Shown here: piece after piece, positions 49,212 through 59,211 of the stretch
Position numbering within the stretch: position 1 is the first letter of the stretch
Layout of the letters: every line of letters begins with the position of its first letter
Source: an uncultured virus (IMG/VR IMGVR_UViG_3300028552_000008)
Taxonomy: Duplodnaviria > Heunggongvirae > Uroviricota > Caudoviricetes
DNA length: 64,000 nucleotides
Virus record (IMG/VR): IMGVR_UViG_3300028552_000008
Direction: 5' to 3' (one strand)
Notes under the pieces: generated by a model
The model's input: the letters and a program-made list of their open reading frames with translations, nothing else
What the model was told of the DNA's origin: nothing
Database searches by the model: none
Program-made: the position numbers and the translations under genes

Positions 49212-50975
49212 ATGTTTGGCTCTTCATACTTTGGAGAAGGTTATTTTGGTGGCGATCCTCCATTACCAGATAGGGTAATTGAGGCAGCTAGTGCAGTTGA
49301 TTCAGTTAGTGGTATAGCAGTATATAATGTTTCCGTAACAGAAACAGCTTCAGCTTCAGATTCAGTTGATTTAGCAGGTACAGTTTCAGTAACTTTCGGT
49401 GGTTTTTATCTCGCTCAGAATCAATTTGCTGGTGGTACAGCAATTCCTACTTCTCAAACTTATCTAGTTAGTGTAAGTGAATCAGCTTCAGCTCTAGATA
49501 GCCCTTCTAGTATAGCTGTATATGGAGCAAGTGATAGTGAATCTGCATCTGCTACTGATACTCCTAGTTCTACTGCTATATATCCAGGTTCTACTACAGA
49601 ATCAGGTAGTGCAGTAGATAGTCCTTCTGTTAATGCTATATTTGCTGCAAGTACTTCAGAAAGTGGTACAGCAACTGACAATCCTTCAGCTAATTCTACT
49701 CTTCAAGCTAGTACTAGTGAATCTAATAGTGCAGTAGATAGTCCTAGTTCAACAGCTACATTTGCAGGGTCCATAACTGAGTCTGCTTCAGCTCTAGATA
49801 GTCCAGCTGGCGGTTATTTAGTAACTATATCTGAATCTGCTTCAGCTACAGAGTCACCCTCAGCTAATGATTTATTAGCAGCAACAGTATCAGAAAGTGG
49901 TTCAGCTTCAGATAATCCTAGTGCTAATGCTTTATTTGCAGGAAGTGTAACTGAATCTGCTAGTGCTTCTGATAACCCTTCTGCTAATGCTATATTTGCA
50001 GGTTCAGTAAGTGAAGCTGCTAGTGCTTCTGATAGTCCTTCATCTACTGCTAAATACAGTGTAAGTATTAGTGAATCTGGTAGTGCAACAGATTCTCCTT
50101 CAGCTAATTCTACCCTACAAGCTAGTGTAACAGAATCAGCTTCAGCTCTAGATAGTATAGTTGGTGGTTATTTAGTAACTATAACAGAATCAGGAACAGC
50201 AACGGATAATCCTAGTTCTACTGCTATATATGCATGTTCTACTACAGAATCAGGTAGTGCAGTAGATAACCCTTCAGCCAATGATTTATTAGCAGCTTCT
50301 ATCACAGAATCAGTTACCACAATTGATACTCCTAGTTCTACTGCTAATTATAGTGTAACTATATCAGAGTCAGTCTCAGCTAATGACAATCCTTCAGCCA
50401 ATGATTTATTAGCAGCTTCTATTACGGAGTCAGGCAGTGCTTCTGATAGTCCTAGCTCAACTGCTACTTATCAAGTTAGTATAAATGAGTCAGGAACAGC
50501 CCTAGACAGCCCTACAGCTAATTCTACACTATTAGCTAGTATATCAGAGTCAGTCTCAGCTAATGATACTCCTACAGCTAATGATTTATTAACAAGTTCT
50601 ATTACAGAGTCAGGTAGTGCAAGTGATTCTAGTTCAGCTTCAGTACTATTCAATACTTCTATTACTGAAACAGCTTCAGCCTTGGATAGTTTATCAGCTA
50701 TTATAAGTTCTATAAATAGTGAGTCTGAAAGTGCCTCAGCTATAGATAATACTGATGCCACACTATTAACTCTAGCTAGTGTATTAGAATCTATTACCGC
50801 AATTGATACAGCTTCAACTAATGCCCCACCTATTATTTATAGTGTAAATGTATTAGAAGCAGCCTTGGCTTTAGACAGTAATATCAACAATAACCCATTT
50901 GTTGAAGGTGTGATTAATAAGAAATTTATAAGTAGATTTCCGGTTCGAAAATCTAAATTATTGGCGAATGTTTAA
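49212..50975 (+). CDS. Ser/Ala/Thr-rich acidic repeat protein (about 21-aa period), probably structural
   Basis: Repeated ES.SA.D.PS......S(V/I)(T/S). Confidence 0.75.
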   Translation: MFGSSYFGEGYFGGDPPLPDRVIEAASAVDSVSGIAVYNVSVTETASASDSVDLAGTVSVTFGGFYLAQNQFAGGTAIPTSQTYLVSVSESASALDSPSSIAVYGASDSESASATDTPSSTAIYPGSTTESGSAVDSPSVNAIFAASTSESGTATDNPSANSTLQASTSESNSAVDSPSSTATFAGSITESASALDSPAGGYLVTISESASATESPSANDLLAATVSESGSASDNPSANALFAGSVTESASASDNPSANAIFAGSVSEAASASDSPSSTAKYSVSISESGSATDSPSANSTLQASVTESASALDSIVGGYLVTITESGTATDNPSSTAIYACSTTESGSAVDNPSANDLLAASITESVTTIDTPSSTANYSVTISESVSANDNPSANDLLAASITESGSASDSPSSTATYQVSINESGTALDSPTANSTLLASISESVSANDTPTANDLLTSSITESGSASDSSSASVLFNTSITETASALDSLSAIISSINSESESASAIDNTDATLLTLASVLESITAIDTASTNAPPIIYSVNVLEAALALDSNINNNPFVEGVINKKFISRFPVRKSKLLANV

Positions 50976-50993
50976 GAAGCCCTCTTCTTTCAT

Positions 50994-51680
50994 TTAGTAT
51001 TCAGGGATTAATACTTGTTTATCTAGAATTTCTTTGTGACTCATCCATTTAAGTTTTCCGTGCTTATCCTTCATAATCCTATATAAATTACAATCTGCTC
51101 CTTTAGCTACATTTTGATTTATATAATTAGTAACACCTATCTTCGTGTTTTCTGCAATATGAACGGGATCATAAAAGCCAAAACTAGAAGGACTTACATT
51201 TCTAGATTCATCTGGTATTGCTGACTCTGATACAATTCCTCCCTGCCCCATCTTAGTTACTTTATGACTATTATCAAAGTGTTCTAATGGATTAATACCT
51301 TCAACGTTATTAGCTAAAGGATTTCCTACAATAACCGACCTGACTTGCTGAGAGAAGAAACCAGGAGTAAGCCAGTTAAGATTCTTTTTCATTTGCATTT
51401 TATAAGCTGCTTTTTGTTGTATTTTACCTGCATCCTTATTTATATGGTCGGCTATAAAATCCTCTAGTCCCATAAATTTGGAGAATTTAAGGTTATCTCG
51501 ATCATCACCTTCAACCTCACCTTTATTAATCTTAATTAATTTTGCTGAACTAGCTAATAAGACTTGGGGACTTATTTTATCCTCATCTACTCCAATATTA
51601 TTCTTAACAATATCTTTATCTAGGGAGGTATGATTTAACCATTCCTTAAATTTAGTTAGTTTCTCGGTTCTAGTTAACAT
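50994..51680 (-). CDS. rpoB: RNA polymerase beta middle fragment (Rif-pocket/fork region)
   Basis: DDRDNL; INPLEHFDNSHKVTKMGQGGI; RNVSPSSFGFYDPVHIAENTKIG, compared with NPL.E..HKRR....GPGG and RDVH.SHYGR.CP.ETPEG.NIG. Confidence 0.88.
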   Translation of the reverse strand: MLTRTEKLTKFKEWLNHTSLDKDIVKNNIGVDEDKISPQVLLASSAKLIKINKGEVEGDDRDNLKFSKFMGLEDFIADHINKDAGKIQQKAAYKMQMKKNLNWLTPGFFSQQVRSVIVGNPLANNVEGINPLEHFDNSHKVTKMGQGGIVSESAIPDESRNVSPSSFGFYDPVHIAENTKIGVTNYINQNVAKGADCNLYRIMKDKHGKLKWMSHKEILDKQVLIPEY

Positions 51681-51681
51681 A

Positions 51682-52422
51682 TTAATTCTGTACTTGTATA
51701 AGGTCAGCTACTAATTGATCCATATTAAACCCGGAAGGAGATAAACCAGTATTATTAATCCAATCCTGACTAATCAATGCATAAGCTTCCTCAGTCCTAT
51801 TAGTCACCCAATCATAAGTAGCGGATTGTACAGCACCCCAAGTAATATATTCAAAAGTATTCTCTGAAAATGAAAATGATGGTATGGCATGTCCTCCAAT
51901 TATATTCCCAGTAGTATATTGCCAGGTAGTTATGCCACTTTCCACAGCATTCATATCATCCTCAGTCAAATCAACCCCAGTATAAACCCCTCCAAATAAC
52001 CAGATAGCTATTTTTAGATGAAGTATATTCTTAGGATTAACACTTACGAATGCCCCTATCTTATGATTAGCAATACCTGTAGTTTGCCAGTACTTCAATA
52101 CCTCAAGTTCAACTGCTCCATTATCAGTAGCAGGATTATTAGGAGTATAGCCAGTAATTGCTTCATAGGCTCTTAATACATCATCATTAGTAGGTGTGAT
52201 GAGTGTAGAACTATTTGCAGTCCAGTTCATAATATAGTGAGCGGCAGCAGCACAAGTACAAATTCCTAGACTATCATTGAGAAACATCTGATAAGGGTTA
52301 TTACCTATTTTAGCCCACCAATTAATAGAAGTTGGTGGTATTAGTGTAGGAGCTAAATACTTTTCTAGTTTAAGCGCCCTCTTATCAAATACAGCCTTAT
52401 TACGTCCTAATTTATAGTTCAT
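51682..52422 (-). CDS. Papain-like cysteine peptidase
   Basis: NDSLGICTCAA (Cys), GGHAI (His), ITWG. Confidence 0.7.
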   Translation of the reverse strand: MNYKLGRNKAVFDKRALKLEKYLAPTLIPPTSINWWAKIGNNPYQMFLNDSLGICTCAAAAHYIMNWTANSSTLITPTNDDVLRAYEAITGYTPNNPATDNGAVELEVLKYWQTTGIANHKIGAFVSVNPKNILHLKIAIWLFGGVYTGVDLTEDDMNAVESGITTWQYTTGNIIGGHAIPSFSFSENTFEYITWGAVQSATYDWVTNRTEEAYALISQDWINNTGLSPSGFNMDQLVADLIQVQN

Positions 52423-52467
52423 AGTATTATTCTACTTTCTTGGAACTACTTAAACAATAAAATAAAG

Positions 52468-52496
52468 TTGACAACATTACCGTACATTTCTAAAGT
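52468..52496 (+). promoter_or_regulatory. Sigma70-like promoter, leaderless spacing
   Basis: TTGACA-N17-TAAAGT-N6-ATG(52503). Confidence 0.7.
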
Positions 52497-52502
52497 AGTG
52501 TT

Positions 52503-52706
52503 ATGCAATTAGAGATAAATTACGAACCAGAAGATGAGGAAGTCACTATTATAGTTGATAATGCTGACGTTCTTAAAGCTACATTAGGGGAAAAGAATTT
52601 ACTAGTGCTTAATAAGAAGTTTAAAGATATAAAAGATGATAACGAGAAACTTTATACTGCACTTAGAAGTATTACCCTGTCTTTAATGGAGCTTACTGAG
52701 GTTTAA
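52503..52706 (+). CDS. Small hypothetical protein
   Basis: 67-aa ORF with a promoter. Confidence 0.65.
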   Translation: MQLEINYEPEDEEVTIIVDNADVLKATLGEKNLLVLNKKFKDIKDDNEKLYTALRSITLSLMELTEV

Positions 52707-52824
52707 TTAGATATAACAAATTTAACGGTAGGCAAGTAAAAAATTTGCCTAAATCTTCCTTGTCCCTATTCCTAAGGGGCATTTTTTATGATAACTTGAT
52801 TATTCAATCAACAATAATAACTAT

Positions 52825-53151
52825 ATGACAAATGACGAATACTTACAGTTTACAAGAACAACTGCAATCTATCCTAAAGATAGAGAATTAGAATACCTGG
52901 GTTTGGGCTTAGCATCAGAAGCAGGCGAGGTGTGTGGAAAATTAAAGAAAGTGATTAGAGATGATAATGGAGTTTTAAGTGATGTAGTAAAGTTAAGGTT
53001 GACAGATGAATTAAGTGATGCAGCCTGGTATTTAACTAGACTGGCCGATACTTTAGGTCTTACATTAACTGAATTGTTAGAACATAACTATATGAAACTA
53101 TCTTCTAGGAAAGAAAGAGGAACTATAGGTGGCTCTGGGGATTTGCGTTGA
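52825..53151 (+). CDS. MazG-like nucleotide pyrophosphohydrolase
   Basis: LGLASEAGEV..K.KK, DELSD..WYL, KL.SR..RG.I.GSGD.R. Confidence 0.9.
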   Translation: MTNDEYLQFTRTTAIYPKDRELEYLGLGLASEAGEVCGKLKKVIRDDNGVLSDVVKLRLTDELSDAAWYLTRLADTLGLTLTELLEHNYMKLSSRKERGTIGGSGDLR

Positions 53152-53645
53152 TTATGAACTGGGATGAATATTTTATGAGGCGTGCATATTTAGCAGCCGA
53201 GATGAGCAAGGACCCGAGAACTAAAATAGGGGCAGTATTGGTTAGAGATGGTAAGTGGGATATTTCATCAGGTTTTAATGGATTCCCTGCTAAAGTTCAA
53301 GATTCACCAGAAAGATATAGTGATAGAAATACTAAGCTAAAAATGATAGTACATGCCGAGGCTAATTCTGTACTCCAATGTGCTAAACTAGGTTATTCTA
53401 GTTTAGGAACTACCTTATATACTCTTGGGATGCCTTGTAATGAGTGTATGAAAACAATAATTCAAGGAGGGATTACAAGTATAGTACTTCATAAACAATG
53501 GCCAGAGATGACTTATTCTGGAGATTGGGTTGAAGCTTTTAGAATATCTACAATTATGGCTAGAGAAGCAGAAATAAATATTAGTTACTTAGATAAAGTA
53601 CTAGGGATTAAGGGGTTTTGTGATGGTAAAGAAATGAATGTATAA
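53148..53645 (+). CDS. dCMP deaminase
   Basis: SKDPRTKIGAV, HAEAN, PCNEC. Confidence 0.93.
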   Translation: MIMNWDEYFMRRAYLAAEMSKDPRTKIGAVLVRDGKWDISSGFNGFPAKVQDSPERYSDRNTKLKMIVHAEANSVLQCAKLGYSSLGTTLYTLGMPCNECMKTIIQGGITSIVLHKQWPEMTYSGDWVEAFRISTIMAREAEINISYLDKVLGIKGFCDGKEMNV

Positions 53646-53648
53646 ATT

Positions 53649-55760
53649 ATGGATAATAAAGATAATATTAACTTTTTAGAAGAAATTGCTAACTTTACTT
53701 TCATGAGTAAATATGCAAGGTATAACTCAATAGCTGAAAGAAGAGAAACTTGGGATGAGTGTGTAGATAGAGTAGAAAGTATGCATCTTCAAAAGTTTAG
53801 GAAATTACCTAAAGAAGATTTGAATGAAATTAAACAAGCATTCAATTTAGTGAAAGAAAAAGGCCTCACACCATCAATGCGTTCTATGCAATTTGGTGGA
53901 AAAGCTATTCTTGCTCATAATAGTAGAATGTTTAATTGTGCTGTAAGACATATAGATAGTATTCGTTCATTTTCTGAATCTTTTTATTTACTATTGTGTG
54001 GTTGTGGTGTCGGGTTTGGTATCTCAGATTATTTTCTTAACAGGTTACCCAAATTAGTAAATGAAAAAGATAAGAACGGTATTGTAATAACTTATGTAAT
54101 CGAAGACACAATAGAAGGATGGGCAGACTCTATTGAAGCATTATTGAACTGTTATTTTAAGAACACTGCTTATACTGGTAGGAAGATTGTGTTTGACTAT
54201 AGTAGGATTAGACCTGAAGGTACTCCATTAAAGACCGGCGGCGGCAAAGCTCCTGGTTATAAAGGATTAAAGCAAGCTCACATAAAAGTTAAGAAACTAC
54301 TAGATAAAATTATTGAAGAAAATAAGCAAATCAGTCTTAAAACTATTAATGCTTATGATATTTTAATGCATTGTGCTGATGCTGTATTAAGTGGAGGTAT
54401 TAGAAGGTCAGCTTGTGCCATTATATTTGATAAAAACGACCAAGATTTGATTAATGCTAAAACATTATTTAAAGTAACTAGGTATAATAAATTTGATTTT
54501 GACAAGGATACTAATAAATATGAAGGAAAAGTTACTGTAGATGGAGAGAAGTATGAAGTTGTTATTGATAAGTTTGAATATGATTTCTTAGTTAAGGATA
54601 ATACAATTAGCTGGATACATATCGAACCTCAAAGAGCTAGAAGTAATAATAGTGTATTATTACTTAGAGCTAGTACTACGTTAGAAGAGTTTACAGATAT
54701 AATTGAAAAGACTAAACAGTTTGGAGAGCCGGGGTTTGTTTGGGCGGACCACCCCCATCAATTATTTAACCCTTGTTTTGAGATAGGGTTTATTCCGGTT
54801 ACTGAAGATGGTAGATGTGGTGTTCAGTTTTGTAACTTAAGTTCAATTAATGGAGCTAAGGTTAAGAATAAACAAGACTTCTTAAATGCTGCTAAAGCTG
54901 CATCGATATTAGGTACTTTACAAGCTTCGTACACAGAAGATATGGTTTATTTATCTAGAGTAACTAAAGAACTTACAGAGAAAGAAGCTTTGTTAGGAGT
55001 GTCGATTACCGGGTTTATGGATTCACCAGATATTCTATTAACTGCTGAAATGTTACAAGAAGGCTCTAAATTAGTTGTTAAGACTAATGAATTATGGGCT
55101 AAGAAGTTAGGTATTAATCCGGCTGCTAGATGTACTTGTGTTAAGCCAGAAGGAACTAACAGTATTGTATTAATGAGTGCTTCTGGTGCACATCCACATC
55201 ATAGTAGAAAGTACTTTAGAAGGATTCAATGTAATAAACACGAACCAATCTATAAGTATTTTAAGAGTATAAACCCTCATATGTGTGAGCCTAGCGTATG
55301 GAGTGCTAACAAGACAGATGATGTAGTTATGTTTCCTTTAAGTGTAGACGAAAATGCTATAGTTAAAGAAGATCTAACAGCATTAAAGCATCTTGAATAT
55401 ATAAAGTTAATTCAGGAAAATTGGGTATTGCCAGGTAGTACCATACATAATGAGAAGAATATTACTCATAATGTATCTTGTACTATTCAAGTAGCTGATG
55501 ATGAATGGGAAGAAGTTACTAAATATATTTATAATAATAAGAAAAATTTTGCAGCGGTTTCCTTTCTAGCTAAGATTGGAGACAAGTTATATAAACAAGC
55601 TCCTATGGAAAGTGTTTCTACTAAAGAAGATAAAGATAAATGGGATGATATAGTTAGTAATTTTAAGAAAGTAGATTATAAGAAACTTAAAGAAGAGGAA
55701 GATACTACTGCTTTAATGGCAGTTGCAGCATGTAGTGGTGGAAAATGTGATCTTTTATAA
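53649..55760 (+). CDS. nrdJ: Class II (B12-dependent) ribonucleotide reductase
   Basis: FNCA, GGIRRSA, GEPG, NPCFEI, FCNL, TCVKPEGT, C-terminal ACSGGKCDL; no R2 gene adjacent. Confidence 0.9.
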   Translation: MDNKDNINFLEEIANFTFMSKYARYNSIAERRETWDECVDRVESMHLQKFRKLPKEDLNEIKQAFNLVKEKGLTPSMRSMQFGGKAILAHNSRMFNCAVRHIDSIRSFSESFYLLLCGCGVGFGISDYFLNRLPKLVNEKDKNGIVITYVIEDTIEGWADSIEALLNCYFKNTAYTGRKIVFDYSRIRPEGTPLKTGGGKAPGYKGLKQAHIKVKKLLDKIIEENKQISLKTINAYDILMHCADAVLSGGIRRSACAIIFDKNDQDLINAKTLFKVTRYNKFDFDKDTNKYEGKVTVDGEKYEVVIDKFEYDFLVKDNTISWIHIEPQRARSNNSVLLLRASTTLEEFTDIIEKTKQFGEPGFVWADHPHQLFNPCFEIGFIPVTEDGRCGVQFCNLSSINGAKVKNKQDFLNAAKAASILGTLQASYTEDMVYLSRVTKELTEKEALLGVSITGFMDSPDILLTAEMLQEGSKLVVKTNELWAKKLGINPAARCTCVKPEGTNSIVLMSASGAHPHHSRKYFRRIQCNKHEPIYKYFKSINPHMCEPSVWSANKTDDVVMFPLSVDENAIVKEDLTALKHLEYIKLIQENWVLPGSTIHNEKNITHNVSCTIQVADDEWEEVTKYIYNNKKNFAAVSFLAKIGDKLYKQAPMESVSTKEDKDKWDDIVSNFKKVDYKKLKEEEDTTALMAVAACSGGKCDLL

Positions 55761-55814
55761 TTAAAAACCATATATAACACTTAGCATTGACATATTTTAT
55801 GTTCTGTGATATAT

Positions 55815-56528
55815 ATGAGTTATATGACTAAACCTAATTTGATAGGTAAAATATTTGGTAAATTGACAGTTATTTCAAAAGCTGATGAACATAAATTTCA
55901 TCAACAATATTGGAATTGTTTATGTAGTTGCGGTGTTACTACAATAACAACTTCAGCAAAGTTACTTAGTGGGCATACAAAATCTTGTGGTTGTTTACAC
56001 AGAAAAGATTTACTAGGTAAAAAATTTGGTAACTTAGAAGTAATTCGTTTTGATAAAGTAGTTATAGGAAATGCTTATTGGTTATGTAAATGTAATTGTG
56101 GACGTGAAGCTTCTATTAGAGGTAGTAGTTTAATTTCTAAACATACTACAACATGTGGTTGTACACATTTAGCAGGTCATACCAATTGTTTATGGGGTGG
56201 TGTAGGGAATATTTCTGGAACGTATTGGTGTACAATGTGTGGAGGAGCTAAGCGCCGTGGTATCCCTGTTGAAATTACAAAACAATATTTGTGGGATGTA
56301 TTAGTTAAACAAAATTTTATATGTGCTCTATCTGGTGTTTTGTTGATACTAAATTCAAAAAATGGTTGTTATGATGGAAATGCTTCTATTGATAGAATTG
56401 ATTCTTCCAAGGCTTATATTGAAGGAAATATACAATGGGTGCACAAATATGTAAATTTAATGAAATTAGATAAATCCTCAGAAGAATTTATAAGATGGTG
56501 TAAACTCGTAGCAGATAACAACAAATAA
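55815..56528 (+). mobile_element. HNH-type homing endonuclease
   Basis: Two L.GK.FG.L.V...W.C.C.CG...SCGC repeats; CALSG, SIDRIDSSKAY..GNIQWV...VN.MK; own TTGACA promoter. Confidence 0.8.
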
Positions 56529-56577
56529 TTATGAATTATGAATACATGTCAATTAGAACTTAAGAAGAAATAAATAT

Positions 56578-57018
56578 ATGACCAAATATGTACTAGGGTT
56601 TTTGTTTTCTACTGATCTATCTAAGGTAGTACTCATTAGAAAACAGCAACCAGAATGGATGAGGGGATTATTGAATGGAGTAGGCGGTAAGGTCGAATCA
56701 AGAGAATTTCCTACCGATACTATGGTAAGAGAGTTTGAAGAGGAGGCTGGGGTTAAGATAATTGACTGGAAATATTACAGTATTATGCTTGGTACCGATA
56801 CTGATAATACTCCTTTTACAGTTTATTGTTATTATACAGTAACTGACCCAATTAACGTAAAAACTATGGAAGAAGAGGAAGTTGGAATCTTTGAAGTTAG
56901 TGAGGTAATAGCAGGGAAATTACCGATAATGAAGAATTTGCCTTGGTTGATCACAGCAGCTTTGGATTTTATCACTAATCCAAGGCCGCCAAGTTTTATA
57001 ACTGCTAATTATGAATAG
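56578..57018 (+). CDS. Nudix hydrolase
   Basis: GGKVE......TMVREFEEEAG Nudix box. Confidence 0.92.
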   Translation: MTKYVLGFLFSTDLSKVVLIRKQQPEWMRGLLNGVGGKVESREFPTDTMVREFEEEAGVKIIDWKYYSIMLGTDTDNTPFTVYCYYTVTDPINVKTMEEEEVGIFEVSEVIAGKLPIMKNLPWLITAALDFITNPRPPSFITANYE

Positions 57019-57280
57019 CTTAGAACAAAGTAAATTAGACAAAATTAAACTAGAAATACATCAGGGTTTACTACCATTTATAGGAGAATTTAATACTGAA
57101 TCATTGAGAGAATCAATAGAAGGATTTTTACGAGTATTACAGGAAGAATTTAATAAATGTAATGCTAATAATGATACTATAATCACTATTGTTCCAGATA
57201 CTAGTGATTCAAATATAATTAATATAAGTATGTCTTTAACCTATCATAGACCAATAAATAATATAACAATTTACAACTAA
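57011..57280 (+). CDS. Small hypothetical protein
   Basis: 89-aa ORF in operon. Confidence 0.6.
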   Translation: MNSLEQSKLDKIKLEIHQGLLPFIGEFNTESLRESIEGFLRVLQEEFNKCNANNDTIITIVPDTSDSNIINISMSLTYHRPINNITIYN

Positions 57281-57981
57281 TGAATAACATACCGATTATT
57301 GGTGAGAAGAGAGGTTTCCTTATTATAGCAGAAGGCGCAGATGCTTCGGGTAAGGATATGCATGTAGACCTGCTTAGACAGGCTTTAAACAAGACTGGAT
57401 TTAGTGTGAAGACGTTTAGATCACCGGGTAGTACAGAATTAGGTGAGAAAATTAGAGAGATATTTAAATCTAGCAATACACCAATCTGTCCTGAAGCAGA
57501 ATTGTTACTTATGACTGCTTCTTTCGCACAACTAGTTAAAGATGCTATAAAACCTGCACTACAAGAAGGTAATATAGTTATCTGTAATAGGTTTTATTGG
57601 TCCACGATTATTTATCAAGGATTCGGAAAGTTTGTAGATAAAGATATTATATCCGCTAATCTACATTTTGTGCTTAATGGTTTGGTTCCAGATTTAACCT
57701 TAGTCTTGCATACTACTGATGAAGAGACGGCTAGAAGAATATCAGAAAGAAAGACTACTGATAGATTTGAGTCTGAAAGTAAAGAATATCATGCCAGAAT
57801 AAAGCAAGGTTTTGAATGGTTAATGAGTTTACAAGAAGCTAGTAAGGGAGCTATCATACCAATTGATAGCTCTGGTAGTATAGAAGACACACATAATGAG
57901 ATATTTAGATGTGTAGCATTTAAAATAGGACAGTTAAAAGAAGGTACAATAGAAGTGGATTTAGCTAAAAAGATTATTTAA
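57280..57981 (+). CDS. tmk: Thymidylate kinase
   Basis: EGADASGK, PG.T.LGEKIR, RF..ST..YQG, PDLT, DRFE. Confidence 0.92.
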   Translation: MNNIPIIGEKRGFLIIAEGADASGKDMHVDLLRQALNKTGFSVKTFRSPGSTELGEKIREIFKSSNTPICPEAELLLMTASFAQLVKDAIKPALQEGNIVICNRFYWSTIIYQGFGKFVDKDIISANLHFVLNGLVPDLTLVLHTTDEETARRISERKTTDRFESESKEYHARIKQGFEWLMSLQEASKGAIIPIDSSGSIEDTHNEIFRCVAFKIGQLKEGTIEVDLAKKII

Positions 57982-57985
57982 ATTT

Positions 57986-58195
57986 ATGGGAAAACAACAC
58001 TTAGACAATATAAAGATAGTAAAATCAAAAGAAGCAGAACTAAAAAGAGACAAGTTTATTAAAGAAACTGAAGGTAATCATGCTAGAGTGGAAGATGGAA
58101 GAAAAACTGAAGTTACCAAAGCTAGATTATCTGATAAAGAAGTTAGTGAGCAGAATAAAGTTACTGAGAACTGGGTTAACCAATACATTAAATGA
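57986..58195 (+). CDS. Small hypothetical protein
   Basis: 69-aa ORF in operon. Confidence 0.6.
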   Translation: MGKQHLDNIKIVKSKEAELKRDKFIKETEGNHARVEDGRKTEVTKARLSDKEVSEQNKVTENWVNQYIK

Positions 58196-58965
58196 ATAAA
58201 GGAGAGACAATTAACGTTTTAGATCACGGATTTGTAAGATTAATTGATTGGATGGGTAATGATGAACGTATTTGTGAAGCTGCTAGAATAAGCTATAAAG
58301 CACCTAGTAAAGGAATAGAAGGTGACCGTAAACTGATTCAATATCTTTATAAAAATAGGCATACTAGTCCGTTTGAGATGGTAAAGATTACATTAAATAT
58401 CAAGTTACCTCTATTTGTTATGCGTCAATATGTTCGTCATAGGATGCAGAATTTAAATGAAGTTAGTGCTAGATATACAGAATTACCTAATGAGTTTTAT
58501 ATTCCTTCTAGTTGGAGAGTGCAAGATACTAAAAATAAACAAGGAAGTTTAGTTACTGGAGGTATGGATAACCAAGGTAATCTTATTGATGATAAATGGA
58601 ATCCAATTGTAGAACACTATAATCATATTCCAACTATAGAAGAAAATTATAGTAGAATAGATGTAACAGCTACAGAAGCATTAATAAAACATTGTCACTA
58701 TTCTTATGAGTTATATCAATCAATGTTGGCGCAAGGTATAGCTAGAGAGATGGCTAGGATGGTATTGCCTGTTAATATTTATACAGAAATATATGCTTGC
58801 TGGGATTTAAAGAATCTACTTCACTTTATTACGTTAAGAGAAGATAGTCACGCTCAAGCAGAAATTCAGGAGTATGGTAAAGCTATTAAATTAATATGTC
58901 AGGATAAGTTTCCTTTAGTAATGGAAGCTTATGAAAAATATAAGTGGGTAGTTTTTGAGTCATAG
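58192..58965 (+). CDS. thyX: Flavin-dependent thymidylate synthase
   Basis: AARISY, HTSPFE, RHRMQNLNEVSARY, REMARMVLP, HAQAEI. Confidence 0.96.
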   Translation: MNKGETINVLDHGFVRLIDWMGNDERICEAARISYKAPSKGIEGDRKLIQYLYKNRHTSPFEMVKITLNIKLPLFVMRQYVRHRMQNLNEVSARYTELPNEFYIPSSWRVQDTKNKQGSLVTGGMDNQGNLIDDKWNPIVEHYNHIPTIEENYSRIDVTATEALIKHCHYSYELYQSMLAQGIAREMARMVLPVNIYTEIYACWDLKNLLHFITLREDSHAQAEIQEYGKAIKLICQDKFPLVMEAYEKYKWVVFES

Positions 58966-58994
58966 CTAAAGAAAAGGGTGCTGAGGTTAGGTAT

Positions 58995-59120
58995 TTAACC
59001 CAACCTCAGCATCTTGTTATTCGTATAACCCGATCGGGTAGGGAGTAGCAGGTCAGAGAAGGTGATAACGGTAAATACGAAAGCCAACGCCAGTACCATC
59101 ATAATAAGTTCGTGTATCAT
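58995..59120 (-). CDS. 41-aa hydrophobic peptide
   Basis: MIHELIMMVLALAFVFTVITFSDLLLPTRSGYTNNKMLRLG, downstream of GGTATAATA-AAA-TGA; hairpin at its 3' end. Confidence 0.45.
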   Translation of the reverse strand: MIHELIMMVLALAFVFTVITFSDLLLPTRSGYTNNKMLRLG

Positions 59121-59211
59121 AAGTTTAATTTTTAATGTTGCGGTTGTGGTTAAGAACTACTAATCATTTTATTATACCTTAAAATATGATAAATATGATG
59201 TAGGGTCCCCC

